Positions 1 through 8,685 of a DNA stretch of 48,651 nucleotides are shown here, piece by piece. The position numbers were made by a program, and so were the translations under genes. Origin of the DNA: Thermoplasmata archaeon (GTDB lineage: Archaea > Thermoplasmatota > Thermoplasmata > Thermoplasmatales > GCA-001856825); assembly GCA_021827945.1 (NCBI GenBank), contig JAKATW010000138.1, positions 1-48,651 of the forward strand. Reading direction: 5' to 3'. The notes beneath the pieces were generated by a model. The model made no database searches and was not told the origin of the DNA. It worked only from the letters and a program-made list of their open reading frames with translations. Positions within the stretch are counted from its first letter, which is position 1, and each line of letters opens with the position of its first letter.

Positions 1-411
1 TAGAATTAGTTCAATCATAAATTCTGGAAACATATTTAACGCCCAGAAGATAAAGAAATAAGGAAACAACATTAACAGCAATTGCCAAATTTTTCTCGAT
101 GGATATAATGCTAAGCCGACTAGTATAATCTCAGCGCTAAACAACAAAAGCTCTTTAAAAACAAGACCAACTAAGAGAAAATCGATAATTAAAATAGCAA
201 TAACAGGAGCTAAATATGATATAAGAAAACTTGTCTTGAACCCTTTTGGTCCTTCCCTAAGTAGGTCGCCTATTGTTGGATTAACTTTATCCTCGATTTT
301 TCTCTTCTTCCTTCTGGACGGCTTTTTAGTTAATAATAGAGGGATCAATAATGATAATATGCCGGCTGTTAAATTTACGAATTCTATTATTGTACCTAAT
401 TCTGGTGGCAA
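1..411 (-). CDS. Hypothetical multi-pass membrane protein, 3' end runs off window
   Basis: Manual translation from TTG 411: (M)PPELGTIIEFVNLTAGILSLLIPLLLTKKPSRRKKRK...FLISYLAPVIAILIIDFLLVGLVF...IWQLLLMLFPYFFIFWALNMF; open to base 1; not in ORF track because no stop is present. Confidence 0.65.
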   Translation of the reverse strand, partial: MPPELGTIIEFVNLTAGILSLLIPLLLTKKPSRRKKRKIEDKVNPTIGDLLREGPKGFKTSFLISYLAPVIAILIIDFLLVGLVFKELLLFSAEIILVGLALYPSRKIWQLLLMLFPYFFIFWALNMFPEFMIELIL

Positions 412-466
412 CAGTTCTATAACTTTCAGTGATATTTTAACTTATTATAAACGCTAGATGCTGTAA

Positions 467-502
467 TCATGTCCACCCTTCTACAAATTCTTTCATTTCC
501 TG
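467..502 (-). pseudogene. 3'-terminal remnant of a tyrosine recombinase paralogous to 4100-4675
   Basis: Encodes QEMKEFVEGWT* vs QEMKEWIEGWI* at 4100-4135; 27/36 nt identical, several differences at synonymous positions. Confidence 0.65.
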
Positions 503-803
503 TATAAACCTGTCCAGAAAAGATTTCCTTACCGGACAGTGAAATCTCAGGGAGAGGGTTTGTGAGCAAACTATCGGTGGTGGGAGATGGGTTTTTCGGG
601 CTTTGACTACAAGATACAACACGTCTACGATCTTTTGATTCATGAGATCTGAAGTACTTTCCTTATTGAACATTCAGACATGTGCTGCGCTTTGGTTGAC
701 AATATCAGACACTACTCTTGTTGCCAGTCCAAGGTGACCGGAAGGTCGAGAGAATGTGTAAATATCCGTAAGGATTGTTATTTATCCGAGGAAAGGAGTT
801 TAG

Positions 804-1064
804 ATGGTTAATTCAAGAGAAATGACTGATTCTGAGTTGATGGCAGAACTTGAGAGAAGGAAAGTCTTGGAACCGACACTAAACATAAGGGTGGGCTTTG
901 GTTCATCGCTCAAATTCTGGCTTGCTTACCTGATAGTTAGCATGATCTCTTTCTTGATAGTTGTACTTATCATTGTTCTAATAATCTACCTTTTATTCCC
1001 GGGCTTAGGAACCATTCTTACGCATTACGGGCTATCAATTTGGAGCATGCTCACATATGCTTAA
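804..1064 (+). CDS. Small membrane protein
   Basis: 86 aa, AGGAG RBS just upstream, long hydrophobic segment, followed by a T-rich tract. Confidence 0.7.
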   Translation: MVNSREMTDSELMAELERRKVLEPTLNIRVGFGSSLKFWLAYLIVSMISFLIVVLIIVLIIYLLFPGLGTILTHYGLSIWSMLTYA

Positions 1065-1085
1065 TTCTTTTATTCCTAACAGCAG

Positions 1086-1117
1086 CCCCTCGAGAAGATA
1101 TTTAAATATCTTAGGGG
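1086..1117. promoter_or_regulatory. Perfect 18-bp palindrome over the TATA box of the TPR gene
   Basis: AAGATATTTAAATATCTT (1095-1112) flanked by CCCCT (1086-1090) and AGGGG (1113-1117); TTTAAATA lies about 25 nt before ATG 1130. Confidence 0.5.
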
Positions 1118-1129
1118 ATTCATATTATA

Positions 1130-2239
1130 ATGAACCATAGATATAACTTAACTTCTGAATTGGATGTCAAAAAACAAATCCCGTTGATTCAGAATTTTAT
1201 GTGTACTGAACCTATCTTTGCAGAGCCCTTATCAGTATCAGGGTTGTTGCTTTATCGAAATAAACAATACCTAGACGCTCTTCGCTTGCTTCAAAAGTCC
1301 TTGGTCATAGATGTAGGACTCCACGAGTCTAGGTATGTTATGAGATTATGCGCTGAAAAATTAGGTAGCTCTAGCAGAAATGAAGAAAATATTGTTAGAA
1401 ATGGAATGATTAATCCGGGAAAAATATTCTCTTGGATGATACCAGTACACTTAAGAGAGTCTTCAAAAGGTACTGAGTCATACGAAAAAATACTCGGAGA
1501 GGTATATAAATGGGTAACGCACCACATATCCGATCAGAGCTTTTTTAAAGAGATCGTTGATTTTCTATCGATAAAAATTGAGACGGCAACGAACGATGAT
1601 GAAATATCTCGTCTATATTCGATAAAAGGTCACTTTTTACTTGCAGATTCCTACTTGAGGCTAGATAACAGGGAGTTGCTTATACTTGCTGACAATTGTT
1701 ATGAGAATTCTGATAAATCAAAAGCTGCTGGATGCAGATCAAGCTCCTTAAGAGGTAGGGCAGAGATTAACTTCATATTGGGAAACTATGATGATGCTTT
1801 GGAATATTCAGATAAATCAATTAAATGCGATCCTAGCTACCCTTACGCATACGTGACTAAAGGGGTCATTGAATGGCACAATAGAGAGTATTCAGAGGCA
1901 ATAAAGCTGTTCTCAATGGCAATTGACCAATACCTAGGAATGGTCACTGTAAGGAAACCGTCAACTGAAGTGATGCAACTTATAGAGGAGAAAATATCTT
2001 CAATTCTCTTGAACCAATCTGACGAAATAGATTCAAGAAATGAATTTCGTGCATGGATACTTTCCAGCTATTATTACGGCTATTGCCCTTTTCATCCAAA
2101 AGAGACTTCTTATTTCAATATTCAGAAGAGGAAAACAGGAAATTATCTTAGAGTATGTCACACATTAGCGAAGGGTGAGGGAGACAGAAAGTTTCTGGAT
2201 TGCCATTCTCTTATCAATCGTAATCAAAATGGTTTTTAG
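1130..2239 (+). CDS. Tetratricopeptide repeat protein with C-terminal Cys/His cluster
   Basis: TPR-like repeats (GRAEINFILGNYDDALEYSDKSIKCDPSYPYAYVTKGVI...YSEAIKLFSMAI); C-terminal CPFH...CH...CH. Confidence 0.75.
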   Translation: MNHRYNLTSELDVKKQIPLIQNFMCTEPIFAEPLSVSGLLLYRNKQYLDALRLLQKSLVIDVGLHESRYVMRLCAEKLGSSSRNEENIVRNGMINPGKIFSWMIPVHLRESSKGTESYEKILGEVYKWVTHHISDQSFFKEIVDFLSIKIETATNDDEISRLYSIKGHFLLADSYLRLDNRELLILADNCYENSDKSKAAGCRSSSLRGRAEINFILGNYDDALEYSDKSIKCDPSYPYAYVTKGVIEWHNREYSEAIKLFSMAIDQYLGMVTVRKPSTEVMQLIEEKISSILLNQSDEIDSRNEFRAWILSSYYYGYCPFHPKETSYFNIQKRKTGNYLRVCHTLAKGEGDRKFLDCHSLINRNQNGF

Positions 2240-2310
2240 GTACTTTCTTTGGAAATGTTCCAAAGAAATTCTTTATTTTTAAGTTCACTCAAATTATTGG
2301 TGATTAAAAA

Positions 2311-2505
2311 ATGGGAGATGATGAAAAAGACTCTGGAAGACAGTACCTGAAAGATGGAACCTTCATAGAGTATTCACGAAATGAAGACTACCACGTGCAT
2401 TATGACTCAGGGGGAGGTTCCGACATTCCAGTGGCAATCCATGATAATGCACCCACAGAAAATATCAGGAACACACCTATATCAGAACTCAAGCACGACG
2501 ACTGA
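2311..2505 (+). CDS. Small acidic hypothetical protein
   Basis: 64 aa, GGTGA RBS before ATG, T-rich terminator-like tract after the stop. Confidence 0.55.
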   Translation: MGDDEKDSGRQYLKDGTFIEYSRNEDYHVHYDSGGGSDIPVAIHDNAPTENIRNTPISELKHDD

Positions 2506-2742
2506 AATTTATTCTTTTTATCTTCAATTTATTTAACAACCGTCAAATGGTTTTGAATTGAACCACACTCTCTCAAGGAGGGCCTACGGGCAAGCTCCGG
2601 CGAATAAATAGTGACATCCGTTTAATTGAATTTTCCAAGATCAAAGCATAATTAAATTAAAACATACCCTGTAAGCGCATATAATCTGTAAAATGAACAG
2701 GTATAAAGGTGTGAAAATCCAGACAGGGTTTGCATACCATAA

Positions 2743-3336
2743 ATGTATATTCAGAAAATCATGATACAATCCAAGATGATTCCTTTAAGTTCATTCTTGC
2801 CTACTGCTCTGACTGCAATAATCTCAGGATCATCTGGCTATATTGGAAGACTACTCTGGGAAAGAAGGAAACTCAAGGATGCCAAGGTCAGGAACTTGAT
2901 TCGCATTATAGGCTTTTTAAGCGACAAGCGAGCGAAATCGGATAAGGACATTAACGATTTTAACGGATTTCTAACGGAAGAAGGGCACAGATTAGGTAAG
3001 GAAATTGTCAGGATTATACCTCACATTTTTGATGCGTTATGGATAGTCAGTGGTTTTGGCAAAGCGAGTTATGGAGGAAAAGACTACAATGACATCATAA
3101 GACACATTGATGGCAGATTTATTAGTGCGAATCTTGGGTATGATGCAGAAAGATTTTACTGGCTCGTTTCAGAGAGCGTTATGAATAAATGGATAGACGT
3201 AGGGAATTTAGCAATTAAAGAGTACAATAAGTTGACAGAAAGGGATGTTGAAGTGGATAGATGGATGCTCAAGACTGTCCCTTTAGATAATCTCACTCAT
3301 GTCCTAATTAGAGATACACCCGATTCAGACTACTAA
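2743..3336 (+). CDS. Hypothetical protein with N-terminal membrane anchor (start may be 2761 or 2776)
   Basis: 197-aa ORF; hydrophobic N-terminal stretch followed by basic WERRKLK. Confidence 0.6.
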   Translation: MYIQKIMIQSKMIPLSSFLPTALTAIISGSSGYIGRLLWERRKLKDAKVRNLIRIIGFLSDKRAKSDKDINDFNGFLTEEGHRLGKEIVRIIPHIFDALWIVSGFGKASYGGKDYNDIIRHIDGRFISANLGYDAERFYWLVSESVMNKWIDVGNLAIKEYNKLTERDVEVDRWMLKTVPLDNLTHVLIRDTPDSDY

Positions 3337-3368
3337 AACGATAAGTTCAAGATAAGTGGGATGGAGCA

Positions 3369-3593
3369 TCACCACGTTATCTTGTCCATATACTCTTGTG
3401 AGTTTACCTGTATTGCCTTGGTATAGGTTGATGTAGTCCACAAACTGAAATGATCCAGCTACTGGTGGTGAGGTTTGTTGAATAGGGCTCCATTGAAAAG
3501 AGATTTGACCGCAAATGTATGACGGAACTTATCAACGTGGATTTAAAATCCTAGCTCTTTCTCCATTTTCGTGAGTAACTGGTCCGCCGCACC
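3369..3593 (-). pseudogene. XerC/D-type tyrosine recombinase C-terminal remnant
   Basis: Manual translation ...ELGF*IHVDKFRHTFAVKSLFNGA...Q*LDHFSLWTTSTYTKA...: degenerate box II (H-x-x-R-H, LGH-like, TT-x-x-Y) with two in-frame stops. Confidence 0.75.
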
Positions 3594-4099
3594 CCTTCGG
3601 TTTTTGAGGGGCCAAGAGAGGTGGGGCAAGAAAAGAGCCAACGGAGACGTAAAGCTTTTCCCAAATGGTGAGCATTTTACACAGGATTAGTTCATATAGC
3701 GAAATTCATTCAGATTCAAGGGCCTTTTGAATCTTTTAAGATCTTTCCTTGAAGAGTTGCAGACCTGAGAAATATCCCAGCTGCAGCATCTGATTGAAGA
3801 ATTAGAAAGATGGCTGGTAAATCTGTGATTCAGTGAAATAATGATTCAAAGGTCTGAGAACGTGTTTGTATGTTACTATCGGTATGTGAATTGTGAGAAA
3901 ATTAGCTATAAAAGCGAGCTTCGGTTAAAAAAAGTATTTCAAATCTAACAAACCTCAAAGATTATAATAGAAACCATCACTGTGATTACGAGCTCAGAAG
4001 CATATGGTAAACCAGCTGTTCCTGCCACTATCGCTAGAAGAAGAGATCCGTCTATAATCATCTCTATGAAAATGATAACAATGACCAGAGGTGCTTTGC

Positions 4100-4675
4100 T
4101 TAAATCCATCCCTCTATCCATTCCTTCATTTCCTGCTTGTCCCTATCCGTGAACGGGATCCCTAAGTAGTGCCTGAGTTCCGTTCTGCTAGAATGCCCCA
4201 TCGAGAGGAAAATGTAGTCAGACATCTGGGGATAGTATGCCCTCAACCATGACGTGTAAGTCTTCCTCATGCTCTTCACCGAAATCTTGGTTGGATTGAA
4301 TCCTGGCGAAGCCTCAATAGCCTTAAACCCTTTCCTCTTCAGCATCTGGTCGAACGCAACCCTCTTTGGCATTGATACTCTGTGCAGGTGAGCAAGGACT
4401 GTCTTTCCCTTGATTGACAGTCTGATCCATCGCTGCCGTTCGTCCGGATCCTTTATTGCACGACCTTTGAGAACTGCCTCAGCCGGGAGATGGATGGAAC
4501 TGTCATCCAACCATTCTGGGTGATCGTGAAACCTCAGCAGTTCCTCATACCTCATTCCTGTTAGAAGAAGGGAGTCGAGAACCAGTTGCTGATCTTCATT
4601 CAACTGATTCCTTAAGATCAGATACTCGGACGGTCTTAGCACCCTGGTACCCTTAACTATAATGGGATCGGACAC
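4100..4675 (-). CDS. Tyrosine recombinase/integrase, catalytic-domain-only (191 aa)
   Basis: LLTGMRYEEL (catalytic Arg), KSMRKT (box II, His replaced by Lys), MGH and HY catalytic Tyr. Confidence 0.88.
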   Translation of the reverse strand: MSDPIIVKGTRVLRPSEYLILRNQLNEDQQLVLDSLLLTGMRYEELLRFHDHPEWLDDSSIHLPAEAVLKGRAIKDPDERQRWIRLSIKGKTVLAHLHRVSMPKRVAFDQMLKRKGFKAIEASPGFNPTKISVKSMRKTYTSWLRAYYPQMSDYIFLSMGHSSRTELRHYLGIPFTDRDKQEMKEWIEGWI

Positions 4676-4759
4676 AAGTAACGTTATGCTTAAAACGTAT
4701 GTGTATTTTCTGATATTCCATCTCAGGTATATATGCGATGGAAATCAAAGGGTAGTAGA

Positions 4760-4792
4760 ATGCATACGTTTACAGTATGATAACGTATGTAT
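4760..4792. repeat. Inverted repeat upstream of integrase (candidate recombinase core site or operator)
   Basis: ATGCATACGTT (4760-4770) / AACGTATGTAT (4782-4792), 10/11 complementary; extra AACGTATGT half-site at 4694-4702. Confidence 0.45.
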
Positions 4793-5013
4793 GAATTTGT
4801 ATCATATCTCTAAAGATCGGGAGAGCTCTATCTCTCAATCTCAGGGCTAAAACCGAAAGGCAACTTCTATCAAGATTCTAGATTGGATGAAAATTTAACT
4901 CGAGGATTACGTTTCACGCTAATCTTCGTTTCCAAGAAGTAAGACACACTTTAAACCTTTAACTAAGCTATACAATGGAGCCCCCTCCTTTCTCTGTAAG
5001 AAGCAGTGGAAAT

Positions 5014-7317
5014 TCACAGAGTAATTTCGCTGCCCGAAAATCCCCTTCTTATTGGATTCACAACATCCCATGATAGGACTTTTAAAAGGAAGCCATGTTC
5101 TACTTCGCCCGTCATAGGATCAAGAAGATCCTTATTGGCTTGGACAAATACATCTTTTGGCGTAAACAAGTTCCTTTCAAGGCCTTTCCGGAGAATATTA
5201 AAGGCTACTTCCTCTTTTCCTGACATTACATATGCTTCAAGAAGAGAAAATGTCGTGATAATCTCTCTCTTATCGATCTCTACTGCTCTATTTAAGACTT
5301 CGACCCCCTCTGTGTAATTGTTTAACTTCGCAAGGTAGTAGCCAAAATTGTTCAAATAGCTTTGCTCATTAGGATCTAGAGATTGGGCTCGTTCGATTGC
5401 TGAGCATGCCTCTTTTAATCGGTTTAGCTTATTAAAGGCAAGGGAAAGTCCGAAATAGTAGCTTGGGTTGGAAGAATTTAACTTTATTGCACTTTGCCAT
5501 TCGGTAACTGAATCCTCGTATTTTCCCCACTTGAGAAAAAAGTCCGCCAGTTGTCCGTGGTAAGTCGCAGTTTTCTTAGTATCCGCAGATACTGCTTCTA
5601 ACTCGGTTTCCTCCTGTTTCTTTTTCTTGAGTAAGGTTTCTAGGCGTATCTTTACTAGCTCATTCGAACTTTCTAAAGTAAGAGATTTCTGATAATACTC
5701 TATCGCAAATATAAGGTCATCAATGGCCTCATATATATCACCAATCATAGCATATACATCTGGTTCCTCTTCCGAGATACTTATTAATTTCTTAAGGTCC
5801 TCCATTGCGAGCCAATATCCTCCTAACCTTCTCCAACCATATGCCCTGTTAAAGTAGACATCCGGAAATACTATTGGAGTATAGGATTCCTCAATCAATC
5901 TTGAATATGTATCAATTCCCTCTTCAAACAGGCCGGATTTAATCAACTCCTCCCCAAGTCTACGTTCAGTCATCTCTAGTCTTCCAAAACCATCGAAGGA
6001 ATTATCACTAATCACATAAGAGTTATCGGTTCCTTTTTTCACAACACCTTTGTCACTGAGCACAGAAAGTACTACTTCGATGCGTTCTTTTGGTATATTA
6101 AGTAGTCTACTTAAGTACTCTGAGGTAGCACTTTTGCTTACCGCCACAGAAGAAGCCACTTTCTTGCAATCGCTAATGAATGAGGTATCCTCGACTGTTC
6201 TAAGTAGATGTTCTAGTTCAAGTGTTGCACCATCTGAAACTACTTTACCTGCCTCAGCGGCTGCTCTTCTGGCAATAAGGTGTATTTGTTCCTCAAACGT
6301 GGTTTTACGACGATTGTCTTTATAGGATTTGTTTGGCAGTTTATTCAGCCTATTTACTGTACTAACGAAGTAATTTCCAAATTTGACAAGTGCACCTGGA
6401 AGACCTTCAGCACCGCTGTAGCCCTCATTGACAACATAATTTTCTATTTCAGCAGGAATGGATAACTTTCCCCGTCTAAACCCACTTTCCAGAAATGTCT
6501 TCGACTGATCTCTATCGAACGGATAAAGTGTCAGATTTCCAATCGCACGGTTGTACATAATATCCATGAATTCCTTATCTAACAATTGGTTCATTAGCCT
6601 AATATCCGACCCTGTCAAAATGACCTTCACGTTTCGTTTGTTGTCCTGTACATGTTTCAGAATTGATAAAAACTCAGTCTTTTCTTCCAACTTCCATCTA
6701 GTCGCCTGTTGCACTTCATCTAGAACAATTAATGCAACTGACTTGTCACAATTTTCAGCTGATAATCCAATCGCGTCTATCATCCCACGCAGTCCTGCTT
6801 TCATAAATAACTCATGCCCTTTTCCACCTATTTCCAATCCAGCAGTCACAGGAAGAAATGGAATGTTAAAAGGAAATGAATAATGTTTTTCCGATCCTTC
6901 AAGGAATGATAATACTTTCTGGAATTTTTTAACGTGTTTTGGTTTCTTAACGAAAGTAATTACTTCAGAGAAGGTGGATTCAACGCTTACGCCGAGAGTC
7001 GTTTTCATCATTTCCATGTTCATTATATTGTCCATGCTAAGATAAATTGGTATCACCTTGAATGGCAACTTTAGGTCGTCCCTCTTATCGTCACTGACTG
7101 TCATAGCCAGAAATGACTTTAATAGACTGGATTTGCCAACTTGCCTTTTTCCTTTCACGATTAGTAAAGAGTCTTCTCCCGATGCAAGGAAATTCTTCAA
7201 ATCGAGAAGTTCTTTATCTCTTCCTAGCAATTTGGAAGGGTCGGTTATTGCTATCTTAGAAAAAGGATCGTGAATTACATAATGAACTCCTTCAACAATA
7301 TGGCCATGTTCTGCCAT
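5014..7317 (-). CDS. Archaeal ATPase (STAND-like P-loop NTPase) with wHTH and C-terminal TPR repeats
   Basis: LLGRDKEL N-motif, Walker A GKRQVGKS, Walker B LIVLDEVQ, ILTGS sensor, GLPGAL (GxP) motif, wHTH (LSVLSDKGVV), several TPRs. Confidence 0.85.
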   Translation of the reverse strand: MAEHGHIVEGVHYVIHDPFSKIAITDPSKLLGRDKELLDLKNFLASGEDSLLIVKGKRQVGKSSLLKSFLAMTVSDDKRDDLKLPFKVIPIYLSMDNIMNMEMMKTTLGVSVESTFSEVITFVKKPKHVKKFQKVLSFLEGSEKHYSFPFNIPFLPVTAGLEIGGKGHELFMKAGLRGMIDAIGLSAENCDKSVALIVLDEVQQATRWKLEEKTEFLSILKHVQDNKRNVKVILTGSDIRLMNQLLDKEFMDIMYNRAIGNLTLYPFDRDQSKTFLESGFRRGKLSIPAEIENYVVNEGYSGAEGLPGALVKFGNYFVSTVNRLNKLPNKSYKDNRRKTTFEEQIHLIARRAAAEAGKVVSDGATLELEHLLRTVEDTSFISDCKKVASSVAVSKSATSEYLSRLLNIPKERIEVVLSVLSDKGVVKKGTDNSYVISDNSFDGFGRLEMTERRLGEELIKSGLFEEGIDTYSRLIEESYTPIVFPDVYFNRAYGWRRLGGYWLAMEDLKKLISISEEEPDVYAMIGDIYEAIDDLIFAIEYYQKSLTLESSNELVKIRLETLLKKKKQEETELEAVSADTKKTATYHGQLADFFLKWGKYEDSVTEWQSAIKLNSSNPSYYFGLSLAFNKLNRLKEACSAIERAQSLDPNEQSYLNNFGYYLAKLNNYTEGVEVLNRAVEIDKREIITTFSLLEAYVMSGKEEVAFNILRKGLERNLFTPKDVFVQANKDLLDPMTGEVEHGFLLKVLSWDVVNPIRRGFSGSEITL

Positions 7318-7405
7318 ATTGTAATTATATTCTACAGATATTTAATTCTGTTCAAACTGTAATTTCTATGAATGTCCAATGCAAAGTCCTAAATTCGACT
7401 CTTCC

Positions 7406-7569
7406 TTAATAGATTGTTATTCTAAAATCGACTCTCCGCCGCCTGTCGCATCCTTTGATCATTCCCTTGAACTCTTTGGGCCCGAGTATCACGGTCTTCA
7501 TAACTTCCTTGCTCTTGGACTTCTTTCAACCAACTTTCTCGCCTAGAGTTCAATGGGATTCTCAATCAT
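7406..7569 (-). pseudogene. Possible N-terminal remnant of an integrase of the 4100-4675 type
   Basis: MIENPIEL*...(frameshift) KTVILGPKEFKGMIKG weakly resembles MSDPIIVKGTRVLRPSEY; truncated next to an imperfect direct repeat (7389-7405/7422-7437). Confidence 0.3.
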
Positions 7570-7957
7570 TATGTATATATTCCAAAACCATTCTTTAATT
7601 TTAGGTAAAACTGAAAGAAAGTGATTGAAATTTTGATAGGATCCTTGGATGTTAACAGGATGAAGGTAGTATTTTCTTTCAATTTTAAGGAGAAAACTGA
7701 AAGAAGGAAGAGGAACTCTATAAAATCTCAGTTTACTTTTATCCATCGTGCAAATGTTCAACGTTGAGGCCCCTGTTCGGCTGTGCCTTGATAGATTGCA
7801 CCTTCGGAATCGTCAAATCATGAGGTCTTCGATTTCCGATTCAAGACAAACGAAAGCTGAAAGAAGAGCTGCTCCCTCTTTCTCTCTTCAACAGATCTTT
7901 CCAGTGCTTCCCTTTTCTTCCTACTCATTTGATAGGTCTTACCTTCCTTCTTGGTCG

Positions 7958-8284
7958 TCAGTTCTTCTCGTTCCTCCTGGTGAGGACTACGATGTAGTAC
8001 ATCAAAGCAACTAACCCTGCTATCAGGTACTCTGCCCCGCCATACGGGGTCTGATCCAGATATCCGAGCTCCGCTATAATTCCCGAGATGGCGTTTAGGT
8101 TCGGCGGAAGGTTGGAACTCGAGATCTTTCCTGAAACTGGAGCATTTGCGGTGCCTATTGCACCGATCATTGAGATGTAGGCCCCGCTCTGGATCTGATT
8201 TACCTGAGCCTAGGTAAGATTGATGTTGAGGGTGAAGCTGCCAGTCCAATATAGAACTTGAGAGTTGTCTAGTGCAATTTTCAA
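7958..8284 (-). pseudogene. C-terminal remnant of a membrane-anchored secreted/surface (possibly virion) protein
   Basis: Frame of ORF 7958-8170 extends upstream through one TAG (8210-8212): KIALDNSQVLYWTGSFTLNINLT*AQVNQIQSGAYISMIG...; ends in a TM helix plus basic tail RRNEKN. Confidence 0.45.
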
Positions 8285-8337
8285 ACTGTTAAACGATTGT
8301 ACCAGAACCTTTAAAGTTCATAATAAATAATTAGCTT

Positions 8338-8514
8338 ATGGCAATAACAGGATTGGTAGTTGCAAAGGGACTCGCAGTAGCCGCTGGAGTAGCTGGGACT
8401 ACGATCGCAGCGGCTCACGTAGGTAATGTTATCGGGCTTACAAATGCCCTGCAGCACGTACCCACGTGGACACATGCACATACAGTGATATCAAGTCTGA
8501 TACAGAAACGATAG
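8338..8514 (+). CDS. Small 58-aa Ala/Gly-rich hydrophobic protein (below ORF-track cutoff)
   Basis: MAITGLVVAKGLAVAAGVAGTTIAAAHVGNVIGLTNALQHVPTWTHAHTVISSLIQKR; TATA-like TTTAAAGT about 28 nt upstream; T-rich tract near 8583-8596; GC-richer than its flanks. Confidence 0.7.
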   Translation: MAITGLVVAKGLAVAAGVAGTTIAAAHVGNVIGLTNALQHVPTWTHAHTVISSLIQKR

Positions 8515-8685
8515 TCAGTCTAGTCGAAAGCCAGCAATGTCAATCGAGTAAATCTCTGATCGCAAGCTCTTCACATCTGTCATTTTTATTTATTTCCAGT
8601 TTTCTATGAATACTCAGATTTCTTTTATCTCGCCTAAACCTGAAAAGGAGCATAAAGTTCATATTTTAACACAAGTATTCCAATC

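Noticed and set aside
236..457. 73-aa plus-strand ORF
   Set aside because: Antisense shadow of the more protein-like minus-strand membrane ORF (1-411).
503..673. Upstream part of the 68-aa ORF 467-673 as a real gene
   Set aside because: Only the last 11 codons resemble the integrase; the rest has no recognisable signal.
761..788. Possible dif/Xer site (TAA-6nt-TTA)
   Set aside because: Arms are poorly complementary; likely just the promoter region of the 804 gene.
4840..4865. CAGGGCTAAAACCGAAAGG resembling a c-di-GMP-I riboswitch start
   Set aside because: Downstream GGGACGCAAA and the second stem are absent.
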